A DNA stretch of 64,000 nucleotides, from assembly GCA_963760615.1 (NCBI GenBank), contig CAVXDX010000014.1, forward strand, positions 71,999-135,998, written 5' to 3'. Within the stretch, counting starts at the first letter, position 1; each line of letters opens with the position of its first letter. The translations under genes were made by a program, and so were the position numbers. The notes under the pieces were generated by a model. The model was not told the origin of the DNA. It ran no database searches and saw only the letters and a program-made list of their open reading frames with translations. Below, piece after piece: positions 8,889 to 18,500 of the stretch. This DNA is from an uncultured Candidatus Micrarchaeota archaeon (GTDB lineage: Archaea; Micrarchaeota; Micrarchaeia; Burarchaeales; Fermentimicrarchaeaceae).

Positions 8889-8925
8889 GCAACCTGAGCC
8901 CTTGCCTCTGGTTGCGGTCGGAGCA
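8889..8925 (+). repeat. Core-repeat site R5 (arm A + core)
   Basis: GCAACCTGAGCCCTTGCCTCTGGTTGCGGTCGGAGCA, identical to 4883-4919; last copy found in the window. Confidence 0.92.
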
Positions 8926-8958
8926 TTTATGATTTAAGTGCTCTGGCTTGCAATGGGA

Positions 8959-9948
8959 CTACGTACCGAAAGGAAAGCTGCCAACATCTGCAGTATTGGT
9001 ATAGCCCCTCGACTCCCAGTAGCCCTCAACTTCCTTGTCAACAACTTCGATGCTAGTTATCCACTTCGCCCACTTGTAACCGTACTTGTGCTCCGCAACA
9101 AGCTGGAATGGGAAGCCTCTCTCGGGGGGAAGTGTAACATCGTTGATGCCGTATGCCAAGAGCAACCGCTTGCTTCTTATGTAATCCAAGGGCAGCCCTG
9201 TTGAGTAGCCATCGGAGGAATGAAAAACCACGTATGCTGCATTGGGTTTAAGTTTTGCGCGGTCTAGCAGATCTGTCAAGCGGAATCCAGTCCACTTTGC
9301 AGTGAACCCCCATCCCTCCACGCATGGCATATAGGCAACCTCCGAGTAAGCAGGCAGCTTCAGCAGCTCATCATAGGAAAGGTTAAGCTCATCTTCAACC
9401 AAGCCGGTCAGCTGAAGCCTGTAAGCTTTCCTGTCTATGTACTGCGTCCCCAGAATTGCATTGTTCCCCTGCTCGCTGAGGAGAGTTAGTTTCATACCCT
9501 GGAATTCCTTTGCCTCAACCTCTGGCAGAGTGCTTGAAGCTGGAACCTGCAGAGTTTGATTCTGGGGGGCTAACTGCCCAGGCACAGTATTCACCAGACC
9601 GGTAAGTAGCATCACTCCACCCAGAAGTGATGCAAAAGCCAGAGCGGCAGCAAGATAGCCGACCCAGTAGTGCTGCGCAGATCTTTTCTTGGAGACTGCA
9701 ATACTAGCAAGGTTATAAAGAGAAACTAGCAATGCGGCTGTTCCAAGCCAAATGTGGAGTTTGTGCATATCCCAACCAGCAAGGTTAAAATTACCTTCAT
9801 AAATGTAGCCTATGAGTCCGATTATTGCAAAGAAAGCCATTGCATAGCCAATGATTTTGTGCTGGTTTTTATTCTTTACAAAAACAAGCAGGATGGTTAA
9901 AATTGCAGCAATGGCAGAAGGAATCCAGTGCAGCTCTGAGAATACCAT
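8959..9948 (-). CDS. Molybdopterin-dependent oxidoreductase (sulfite oxidase/MsrP-like) with N-terminal membrane domain
   Basis: CVEGW, W.G..L.DLL, DGYSTGLP, LAYGIND..LPPERGFP.QLV...KYGYKWAKW motifs; four N-terminal TM segments. Confidence 0.9.
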   Translation of the reverse strand: MVFSELHWIPSAIAAILTILLVFVKNKNQHKIIGYAMAFFAIIGLIGYIYEGNFNLAGWDMHKLHIWLGTAALLVSLYNLASIAVSKKRSAQHYWVGYLAAALAFASLLGGVMLLTGLVNTVPGQLAPQNQTLQVPASSTLPEVEAKEFQGMKLTLLSEQGNNAILGTQYIDRKAYRLQLTGLVEDELNLSYDELLKLPAYSEVAYMPCVEGWGFTAKWTGFRLTDLLDRAKLKPNAAYVVFHSSDGYSTGLPLDYIRSKRLLLAYGINDVTLPPERGFPFQLVAEHKYGYKWAKWITSIEVVDKEVEGYWESRGYTNTADVGSFPFGT

Positions 9949-9956
9949 GTCTAGGT

Positions 9957-10625
9957 TTACTCCGGCATATGGCTGCCATCGCAGAATGGCTTGTTTGAAG
10001 ACTTACCACAGCGGCATAGAGTGACTCTGTTGCGGATTTCATAGGTGAAGCCATCGCAGGATTCTATTGGAATACCTCCGCGCACCCAGATGGGACCGCC
10101 GGCTCGTGCCTGTGGGTCCTCCACTAGACCGATGGATTTCTCAAATATGGGCTCGATGGCTTTTCCGGTTTTTTTATCATGAACTACAAGTCTGCCAGAA
10201 GGACAGTTTACTGCCTCCTCTATTGCAAGCTTTACAGCATTGTCTTCATTCTGCATCACAAGCTCCCAAACTCCACTTGCTCTGTCGCAGAAACGGGCTA
10301 CGGCGCAAAGTTCCTCGGCATCAGTCAACTTAAGAGCCGGGCCTTGGATTACTTCGGCACGCTTTGCATAAGGCTCTCTGCCCGCAGTCTCAGTTCCGTC
10401 AAATTTCACCTTGGCGTGCGTCCCGTCACAGAATGGCTTGTTTTTGGACTGCCCGCAGCGGCAAAGGTAGTAATTTTCCTGTATTGGGTATTTCTCCCCC
10501 TCGCGCCATTCACAGGGATAGCCGTTGGAGTCAAGTATAATCATCTGTTTTGCAAGCGGTATTCCACCAGAAACAGAGTAAGGCCCATCCTTGATTAATT
10601 TAATCCTATAATTCAATCCAGCCAC
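9957..10625 (-). CDS. CDGSH iron-sulfur domain protein (two CDGSH-type motifs)
   Basis: LCRCGQSKNKPFCDGTH and LCRCGKSSNKPFCDGSH flanking a CAVARFC...CPSG ferredoxin-like segment. Confidence 0.92.
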   Translation of the reverse strand: MAGLNYRIKLIKDGPYSVSGGIPLAKQMIILDSNGYPCEWREGEKYPIQENYYLCRCGQSKNKPFCDGTHAKVKFDGTETAGREPYAKRAEVIQGPALKLTDAEELCAVARFCDRASGVWELVMQNEDNAVKLAIEEAVNCPSGRLVVHDKKTGKAIEPIFEKSIGLVEDPQARAGGPIWVRGGIPIESCDGFTYEIRNRVTLCRCGKSSNKPFCDGSHMPE

Positions 10626-10812
10626 TGCAACACCCCGGGTATTCTATTGGTGTTGAATATTAATAAAGCTGCTTGGAGATGAACTTAATTTGCTAGTCTA
10701 GCTTTCCAAGAAAAGGCATTTCATTTTCAGATAACTCATAGTTATCCAAATTTTTAAGATTTTCAGACAATATAAACTAGGCAGAAGGATTCAGTTTTTT
10801 TGCTACATGCCA

Positions 10813-10938
10813 CTAGCTTTCAACTCTCGCAGGGCCGATGAGTAATTCTTCCACATCTCTTATGCAACTCCCACAATACACAAATGACCTATCCCTCTCA
10901 GGGTCGAACAATCTACCGCAGCATGCACATTTTTTCAT
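10813..10938 (-). CDS. 41-aa zinc-finger microprotein
   Basis: Own translation MKKCACCGRLFDPERDRSFVYCGSCIRDVEELLIGPARVES; CxxC-x14-CxxC; strong SD GGAGGTGGTGAGG upstream; below ORF-track cutoff. Confidence 0.65.
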   Translation of the reverse strand: MKKCACCGRLFDPERDRSFVYCGSCIRDVEELLIGPARVES

Positions 10939-11119
10939 GTGCCTCACCACCTCCATAGCAGATTATAACTAAGTTATATTTATAACTTTACTGGCAAAAT
11001 GTGCAAATTTTCCAAATTTTAATGGTTATATGCAGTAATTTTAGTAAAATTTACAATATTATTCAAATAAATTAGAAAAAGTATATCCCGCCGTAATAAG
11101 TTTTTCTCTGAATCTTTTT

Positions 11120-12193
11120 TCAGATTCTTTTTTCTATTAGTTTTGCTAATTCGTTATAAGACTGGCTTTCAGCGGAGTAGAGCACAAAGCTGGAGTAAAC
11201 AAACCTAAGTTCATCTTTCGTGATTTCTTTCCTAGTCTCAAGGTACTTTTTCAGAAATAGCTTCTGATTCTCTACAGAATTCAAGGACAAATTTTCTGAC
11301 ATATTACAGACAGATTTGAGCACATTGCTGATATCCTGCCAGTTATTGGGCTTGGAGGACTTGGTTATTTTTCTGTTATCGGTAAACCCACCATCCAGTG
11401 TCAGGTTCTGCCCTATAAGATGCCTGTGGGACAGACCCAGGTTATGCAGTTTTGCTACATTAATTGCCTCGCTTTCCGCCCACCAGCGTGCGTACCTGCC
11501 AACTTTCATCCCTCGCCCCGTGGCAAATTTTTCAAAATCTTCTGGCATTGCCTCGTCCACTCTAATCAACTCAGAGAAAGCTCTGAGATACAACACAGGC
11601 TGAAAATCCTTGAAGATATCCTTCAATTCCTCAACCTTCAGTTTCTTCCCATCCGCCATTATTACTTCGTCAATTATTATTATAGCAATTGGGGCAGAAG
11701 TGTTTATTCCATTTTTAACGAGTATATTGCTTTTTCTCATGTCTTCAAGTGCAGATTTTAGGTCTACCGCTCCCCAGATGACTACGCCGCATTTTTCTAT
11801 AGTCTCCTTATGGGCGAATAGGACTTTTTGGGGCATTCCCACCCCTTTGATGTCTATGTAGCTGTATGTATTCTTGAGTTTGTCTGCGAATACGACGTTA
11901 AAAAAGACTGACCTTCCATGCTCGAGCATACCCTGCATGTCAACGCTTGCATCCTCTGTACCTGCATATTTTCTGCTCCAGTCAACAAAAACGGCCAAAA
12001 TCTTATCAAGAGTCTTGTTGTTTATAGGAAGAGTGTTGAAAAGCTCATAGTTGAATTCGAAAATCCTGCCTTTTACGCGAGCCATCGGTTGATCGAAGAT
12101 CTGCTCCTTTATTATTTTGTTTGCAGGGAGCGGAACCATGCGATTGACACTCTGCTGTATGTCATCGTCAGGTTTCTTCACAAACTTCTCCAT
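11120..12193 (-). CDS. Kinase-fold/SelO(YdiU)-like hypothetical protein
   Basis: YIDIKGVG, NGINTSAPIAII, LHNLGLSHRHLIGQNLTLDGGFTD resemble the SelO LKGxG and GxxHxxxxxxN...D motifs. Confidence 0.5.
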   Translation of the reverse strand: MEKFVKKPDDDIQQSVNRMVPLPANKIIKEQIFDQPMARVKGRIFEFNYELFNTLPINNKTLDKILAVFVDWSRKYAGTEDASVDMQGMLEHGRSVFFNVVFADKLKNTYSYIDIKGVGMPQKVLFAHKETIEKCGVVIWGAVDLKSALEDMRKSNILVKNGINTSAPIAIIIIDEVIMADGKKLKVEELKDIFKDFQPVLYLRAFSELIRVDEAMPEDFEKFATGRGMKVGRYARWWAESEAINVAKLHNLGLSHRHLIGQNLTLDGGFTDNRKITKSSKPNNWQDISNVLKSVCNMSENLSLNSVENQKLFLKKYLETRKEITKDELRFVYSSFVLYSAESQSYNELAKLIEKRI

Positions 12194-12317
12194 AAGTAGA
12201 TTAGCTTTTTCCAGTAATATAATGCTTTCTTCACTTGAGGAGCAGGAGCCGATCTTTCAGCAGCGGGTCATTCCTGGCTCTAGAAGAAGCTTTTGCATAA
12301 TCTGCATGATTCGGCTA

Positions 12318-13016
12318 TTACCTCAGCGGGGGCAGGCCATAGAAGAAACGGTTGTCCTCAGGCACATCTCTGAATTTGCGCAGCCTGTTAGCAATTGCAA
12401 CGCAGTCTTCTACCGCCCTTGCAGTCTCCTCCCTATTTGTCGGGAATACTTCTATCTCAACAAACATGATTTTCCCTTCGGATATATTCAAAAGACCTCT
12501 CCTCGCAATATGGCCCGTGGAACTGTATTCCCTGTCCCTCTCATTAACTTTTTGATTTAAAACCTGGATTGGAACCTTTTTCAATCCGCTTTCAGCTAAC
12601 CCCTCAAGTATATCAGAAACCGACTCTTCAACCTCGCCGGGAAATTTTTTTACACACGCAATATCCTGGCACTGTACCGTGGCATCCGAAAGATGCATGC
12701 TTAAAACGCTCACTACAGGCTTGAAACCTCCTTTTTCAGATTTCTCCAAGCCGACATCGCTTGCAGTGGGTTGGCGGCAGTTCACGCACACAATCATGTC
12801 GGCACTGTCTTTTGCATGGTCAAACACAAGTGCCATATTGACGGCCTTCTGCTCTATGCTCCTAGCGATTGGACCGCGAATCACCTGAAAGTGATTGTTG
12901 TGCAGTTCTTGTGAAAGCCTGTTTGCAAACTCCGGGTTTTCGCCGCGGTTTATGCTCACCAGTGTCTTGTACTCCCGCGCTTCACTGCCTGCTAGGTTTT
13001 TCTGTGCTAGCGACAT
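12318..13016 (-). CDS. Hypothetical protein
   Basis: 232-aa ORF filling the intergenic space; no motif recognised. Confidence 0.65.
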   Translation of the reverse strand: MSLAQKNLAGSEAREYKTLVSINRGENPEFANRLSQELHNNHFQVIRGPIARSIEQKAVNMALVFDHAKDSADMIVCVNCRQPTASDVGLEKSEKGGFKPVVSVLSMHLSDATVQCQDIACVKKFPGEVEESVSDILEGLAESGLKKVPIQVLNQKVNERDREYSSTGHIARRGLLNISEGKIMFVEIEVFPTNREETARAVEDCVAIANRLRKFRDVPEDNRFFYGLPPLR

Positions 13017-13110
13017 GGGGGTTATTACTCATTATTAGTATTTATACACCTAGTATACTACTCTACTTGGAATTCAATTTAAAAAGGGAATGTGGTATCT
13101 ACTCTAAAAA

Positions 13111-13626
13111 TCATCTCTTCAGTTTTACTGTAGAATCCACAAGGTTTATGATTCTCTCCCTTATCTTCTCATTCTTTAGATTTCCACCATCAAAGTCCTC
13201 ATCAATTGAGAAGACAGGCCTTGGGTTGCTGAGTATGTTGAAGTAGTTCACCAACGCAACAAGATGCCCCCTCACCTGCTGGTGTGTTCCTGCATTGTTT
13301 GACTTTATTATGAAACCTGCAACGCTCTTCTCAAGCGCTTTGTAGTTGACATGCTCGAAGAGGTTTTTTACCCCAGAGCCGAGGAGGGCATCGTAAACCG
13401 GGGAGCCTATGATGAAGACGTCAGCGCTTTCCATGAACTTGACTATATCTGTTGTTTCCTTGCTGTAATTTTCCTCAAATCCTCTGAAGGGCTCTATGTC
13501 GTTTTTGCCCAGGTCTATGTACTCGACATCTTGGTATTTCTCCTTTGCGTATTGGAATGCTATATCTGTCAGCTTTCTAGTCAGAGAATCCTTCCTCCTG
13601 CTGCCGCAGATGATGAGAATCTTCAT
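13111..13626 (-). CDS. NADPH-dependent FMN reductase
   Basis: IICGSRRKDSLT, ADVFIIGSPVYD, GVKNLFE flavodoxin-fold motifs. Confidence 0.9.
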   Translation of the reverse strand: MKILIICGSRRKDSLTRKLTDIAFQYAKEKYQDVEYIDLGKNDIEPFRGFEENYSKETTDIVKFMESADVFIIGSPVYDALLGSGVKNLFEHVNYKALEKSVAGFIIKSNNAGTHQQVRGHLVALVNYFNILSNPRPVFSIDEDFDGGNLKNEKIRERIINLVDSTVKLKR

Positions 13627-13631
13627 GGCAA

Positions 13632-14231
13632 CTACCTCTCCATCCTTTTCTCAACTTCATCCCAGTTAACTATATTCCAGAATGTCTCGACAAATTTGCC
13701 TCTGTCATTCTTGTAGTCTATGTAGTAGGCGTGCTCAAACACGTCAAGAACCATCAGAATTTTGTAAGTCGGGTAGACATTCGTATTGTGCTTCTCTATC
13801 TGCATTATGATGGGTCTGTCCTGCTCGGAAAAGCTCAGGGCTGCCCAGCCAGAGCCCTCCACGCTCATTGCAGCCTGCGAGAACTCCTTCCTGAATCTCT
13901 CAAAGCTTCCGAACTCCTTATTTATGGAGTCAGCCAGCATTCCTCCAGGCTTTCCGCTCTTTGCAGAAGGAGTTAGATTGCTCCAGAAGAGTGAGTGGAG
14001 AAGATGCCCTCCTATATTGAAGGAGAGCTCCTTCAGCGTGGATTTCATATCTACATCTGTTCCTTCCCTCCTAGCCTTGTCAAACTTCTCAAAAATAGCA
14101 TTCGCACCGTTGACATACGCCTGATGGTGCTTCTGGTGGTGTATTGTGAGCTGCTGCTCAGAGATGTAGGGAGCCAAATCCTTGTAATCGTAATTCAGTT
14201 TCGGTAGAGAATACCATTTAGAAGCCTCCAT
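13632..14231 (-). CDS. sod: Fe/Mn superoxide dismutase
   Basis: [52 protein letters not shown]. Confidence 0.97.
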   Translation of the reverse strand: MEASKWYSLPKLNYDYKDLAPYISEQQLTIHHQKHHQAYVNGANAIFEKFDKARREGTDVDMKSTLKELSFNIGGHLLHSLFWSNLTPSAKSGKPGGMLADSINKEFGSFERFRKEFSQAAMSVEGSGWAALSFSEQDRPIIMQIEKHNTNVYPTYKILMVLDVFEHAYYIDYKNDRGKFVETFWNIVNWDEVEKRMER

Positions 14232-14420
14232 AAACTCACCCCAATATCAATTGCGGAATGTTTTATTTAAACCTTTTTGTAAAGGCAGTAGTGGAGACGG
14301 TATAGTATGCTATATTTGATGGCAGTTTTTATACCACTCAATACCGTAGATTTATGGGAAGTTTTTGAAATAGCATATACGGCGTAGAACCAAAAAATCT
14401 TACAAAAAATGCCCTCGTAA

Positions 14421-14440
14421 CCGAAAAGTATTTATATAAG
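14421..14440 (+). promoter_or_regulatory. BRE/TATA promoter upstream of tfb
   Basis: ccGAAAAG-TATTTATATAAG, purine-rich BRE directly before a TATA box. Confidence 0.6.
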
Positions 14441-14579
14441 TTATGCTCTATCATTTAAAAAGGTTGTGCTCTTTTTCGAGGTGAACAAAGAGCTTAGAAA
14501 ACCTGATCGAAACCAATGATTGGGATGATTAGGGTAAGGATTCTCCCTGTATACAGGGAGGTAAAATAGAGGTGTTGTA

Positions 14580-15485
14580 ATGGAAGAAAAATGCCCAGAA
14601 TGTGGGAGCAAAAAGCTTACGAGGGACTACGAGAGGGGAGAGCTCGTGTGCGGCGACTGCGGGCTTATAGTGGCAGACAATATAGTGGATTCCGGTCCTG
14701 AGTGGAGGGCTTTCGATGCAGAACAGAGGGAGAAGAGGGCAAGAGGTGGAGCGCCGGTAAAGTATATGAGGCCCAATAAGGGTCTTGTTACAGAAATTGA
14801 CCAGTATAACAGGGATATAAGAGGTGCAAAAATTCCCTCAAAGAAGCAGGCTCAGTTATACAGGATGAGGAAGTGGCATAAGAGGGCCAGCATAGCTTCT
14901 TCAATGGAGAGGAACCTTGCCATTGCTTTGAGCGAGTTGGACAGGATAGCTTCCTACCTTGGCCTGCCAGAGAGCATCAGGGAGTCTTCAGCATTGCTCT
15001 ACAGGAAATGCATTGAGAAAGGTTTGATAAGGGGAAGGCTGATTGAGAGCGTTGTTTCAGCAGTGCTTTACGCTGTTTGCAGGACCTATGGAATACCCAG
15101 GACTCTGGACGAGATTTCCGAAATCTCTGGGGTGGAGAAGAAGGAAATTGGCCGAACCTACAGGTTCATAACGCATGAGCTGGATTTGAAGGTTCCTCTG
15201 ACAGACCCTACACACTATGTGCCCAGGTTCACGGCAGCACTGAGGCTTTCAGGGCAGGTGCAGGAGAAAGCAATAAACCTGCTCAAGAAGGCAATTCAGA
15301 AAGGGCTCATTTCCGGAAGGGGTCCAACCGGAGTTGCGGCTGCGGCTGTGTATATAGCCAGCGCAATGGTCGGGGAAAGGAGAACCCAGAAGGAAGTGGC
15401 AGATGTTGCCGGTGTGACTGAGGTCACGATAAGGAACAGGTACAGAGAGCTCAAGAAGGAACTTGGCCTGAAAATAGCGCTCTAG
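14580..15485 (+). CDS. tfb: Transcription initiation factor IIB
   Basis: CPEC...CGDCG zinc ribbon, GPEWRAF, two cyclin repeats ([21 protein letters not shown]), [13 protein letters not shown]. Confidence 0.98.
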   Translation: MEEKCPECGSKKLTRDYERGELVCGDCGLIVADNIVDSGPEWRAFDAEQREKRARGGAPVKYMRPNKGLVTEIDQYNRDIRGAKIPSKKQAQLYRMRKWHKRASIASSMERNLAIALSELDRIASYLGLPESIRESSALLYRKCIEKGLIRGRLIESVVSAVLYAVCRTYGIPRTLDEISEISGVEKKEIGRTYRFITHELDLKVPLTDPTHYVPRFTAALRLSGQVQEKAINLLKKAIQKGLISGRGPTGVAAAAVYIASAMVGERRTQKEVADVAGVTEVTIRNRYRELKKELGLKIAL

Positions 15486-15520
15486 GGAGCGCTATTCCCC
15501 CTTTATTTTTTTATTTCGTT

Positions 15521-18500
15521 TTATTTCTTCTTTGCTTTTCTTGTTGCCGTTGAGAACATTGCTTCCCTTGCAACAAAGTAGCCAATCACCAAGCCTATTA
15601 TTGCTATGAGAACCACTGCAGTCGTCCATGTGTTTCCTACCGGCATCTGCTGTGTTGGTGCCATAAGAGCTGTTGTCTGGACTTGAGTGCTTGGTTTGGT
15701 TGCAGCTGCGAGGTTGTATGAGATTGAGCTGTTGTAGAATGTCGCCAGTGCCATGACTGGCTTTGTTCCGTTGTATACGGTGAAGTTCACTGCACCTGCA
15801 GGAATCTGTATGTATCCGTATGCATCGGGCATCTTGTAGCCTGGGTCATTGTTGAAAAGAACCTTTATGTTTGTTAAATCAGTTGAATAGTTGAATGGGC
15901 CCTGACCGAAATTCCTGGCTGCCCTTATACCATCCGTTCCGTCAACATTCCTGTCCAGAACGCAGTCTGCCATGTAATCCCACCCTGTGCTTCCCTCCCA
16001 TGTTCCAAACTTGCGGTTTATGAGGATGCTGTCTGTCCCATCCACGTTTCCATCAGGCCAGAATTTTATTGTTGGGTAGGGGCTTTTACCTCCTGCCTGG
16101 TCGCACCACATACGGGTGCAGCCGCATTTCCCGGATTGGCAGTTCGTGTCGCTCATGTTGCACCATAAATCCACTTTGAGGTAGTTCATGTTGGGTATGT
16201 TAGGGACATAAAGCTGGCCGTTTGGACCTCCTTTGAGTGCTGCTGCTGGAATTGGCGGTGTAGTGTTGTAAAATGTTATGAGAGACATAACCTCCGCCCC
16301 ACCATCGCCAATGTAGTATCCCCAAACATTGATGTGTGATGCACCTGGCGGTATTAGTATGTACCCATTTGCATCTGGAATGAATGGGTTGGAAATGTCA
16401 TCGAACCACACCATGATACGGCTTAGATTAGAGGAATATGTGCCATTCAGCCCAAGACGTCTGGTGGCAGTGGTGTTGTCGCTTTCATCAATGATCCTGT
16501 CAGGATTGACATCTGCCATGTAGTTGAAGTTGGACATGCCTTCGCTGCTCCCTAAAGCTCTAAATATAATGATCATGTCACTTGAATCCACGTTCCCATC
16601 AGGCCAGTTCTTAATGCTGGGGTATGGGCTGGTTCCTCCTGCCTGGTCGCCCAAGATACGACCACAACCGTCGGTGACGGGATCCCAGCCGTTGCCCATG
16701 TTGCACCATTCCTCTATCTTCAAGCGCTTGATATTGGGAATGTTCGGAATATATGTATATCCAGTAATGTCAGTTTTAATTGCAGCCACTGGAATCCCAA
16801 ATCTAGCAGGTGCGGACCAGTTTTTGCTATATGGGAGTCCGTCAGTCTGCGTTGGTGGTGTATGATCAATGAAATGTGTGGGAGTTTCGTTATAAATAAA
16901 GTAAGGAGTATCGCAGAATCCGGTTGCTTGCGCATCTGTGCATATGTCAGAATATCCATTTCCTGATGGGTTTGTCCAGTAGTTGCCCCCTACATAATCC
17001 CCTGGCGTATACATCCTCCTTCCTTGCGTGAAAGCAGTATTCCAAGAGTTGTCCTGGACAAATCCTGTAAAAAGCGTGTTATTGGTGTTGTTCAGGATGT
17101 TATTAAAGATGGAATTTTGTACTGACGGAAAGATATATGTTGGATTTACTAATGCATCCAGTTCCGTGAGATACACGCCATATGCATTATTCTGAATTCT
17201 TGAGCCAGTGACTGTATTGTAACCCGAACCGCTGAAAGTGATGCCGTAAGTATTTGAAGTTATGGTATCATTGGTTATCAGATTGTAGTATGACTTCGAA
17301 AGATATATTCCATGAGTAAAATTGGTGATTACGCAGTTTTTTAACGTACCGCTCATTGACTGCCAGCGGAAGTCTACTCCAATACCGGAGCCATTACCGC
17401 GTATCGTGAACCCTCGGCAGTCCAGAGTTACATTTGAGGCAAAACCCTGTACAAACTTTACAACCGAACCTAGCTGGGATACTGTAATATTGGACATAAG
17501 GCAATAGATTACATTGGGCTGGTTTAATGGAACTGGCATAACGGACGTATCCACCGGGATGTCACATCCTGGCGCCACAGCTGCCTTTGTTTTGCCAGAA
17601 ACAACATTTGAGATGTTGGAAGCACTCCCAAAGTCATCAAAAGCTTTTATCGCAGCATAGTAGGTTGTGTTAAGTCTCAGCCCGCTTAATGCGTAGGTTT
17701 CTCCTGTTCCAGCTGGGTCTCCACTGGAATAAAAAGTTTGAGAAGTTACAGAATCGAAATTATCTTTGTTTATCGGAGACGTACTATATTTTATGAGGTA
17801 GTAGTTCACAACTAGCCCAGCTGTTGAAACATTGGCAGCAGTCCAGTGTAGACCCATAGTGGTCCATGTGGTGTTAGCTACTGAGAGGTCCGTCACAGTG
17901 GTTGGCGGATAAGCAGGCTGAGTAGATGACAATAAAACATACATATAATTCCCGATGTTGCAGTCGTTATAGTACAGGTTGAAGTAACCGTCACCATTCC
18001 AGTCACTGCTCCAGCTGTTCTTTATAATCCAGTATCCGCCTGTGTCGTTGTAACCTACAATCACTACTGCATGATCCTGAGCCGGGCTGACACCACCACA
18101 TGTGAAGATTCCATTGCTATCAGGGTCTCCATCCATGGCAAGGTACACTGCAAGTGGTCCATAGGTTGTAAGATACTGTTTTACCATGTTAGGGGGTACG
18201 TATCCCCATGCGCTAATATTGAATAATCGGCTTCTCCAGTTTGAACATCTGTCTGAACAGAGAACTGGTGTAAACCCGCCACCAAAAAAATTGTTGCCAT
18301 TAGCGTCAACAGCTTGATATGGGAAACATCCCTCATCCACGGTGCCACTATTTTTAATATAATCAAGAGCAGGTTCGGAATTACCACCGTTGGGACAGTC
18401 ACCAGCCCCGCTGCATGACAGAACATCCTGCTCGGAAAGGTCCGGAGTGATGGAAGAGCTGTTGTATTCTTGTATTTTCATATTCGCCTCAACAGCCCCA

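Noticed and set aside
3590-8925. Five repeats as a CRISPR array
   Set aside because: Intervals are 1.05-1.8 kb and contain whole genes; only 11 bp is common to all copies; no cas genes.
2302-8925. Classical integron (IntI + attC)
   Set aside because: No IntI-specific insertion recognised in the integrase; site ends (TGGCAAC, GTTGCCA) do not fit RYYYAAC/GTTRRRY; genes lie in both orientations. Kept only as an architectural analogy.
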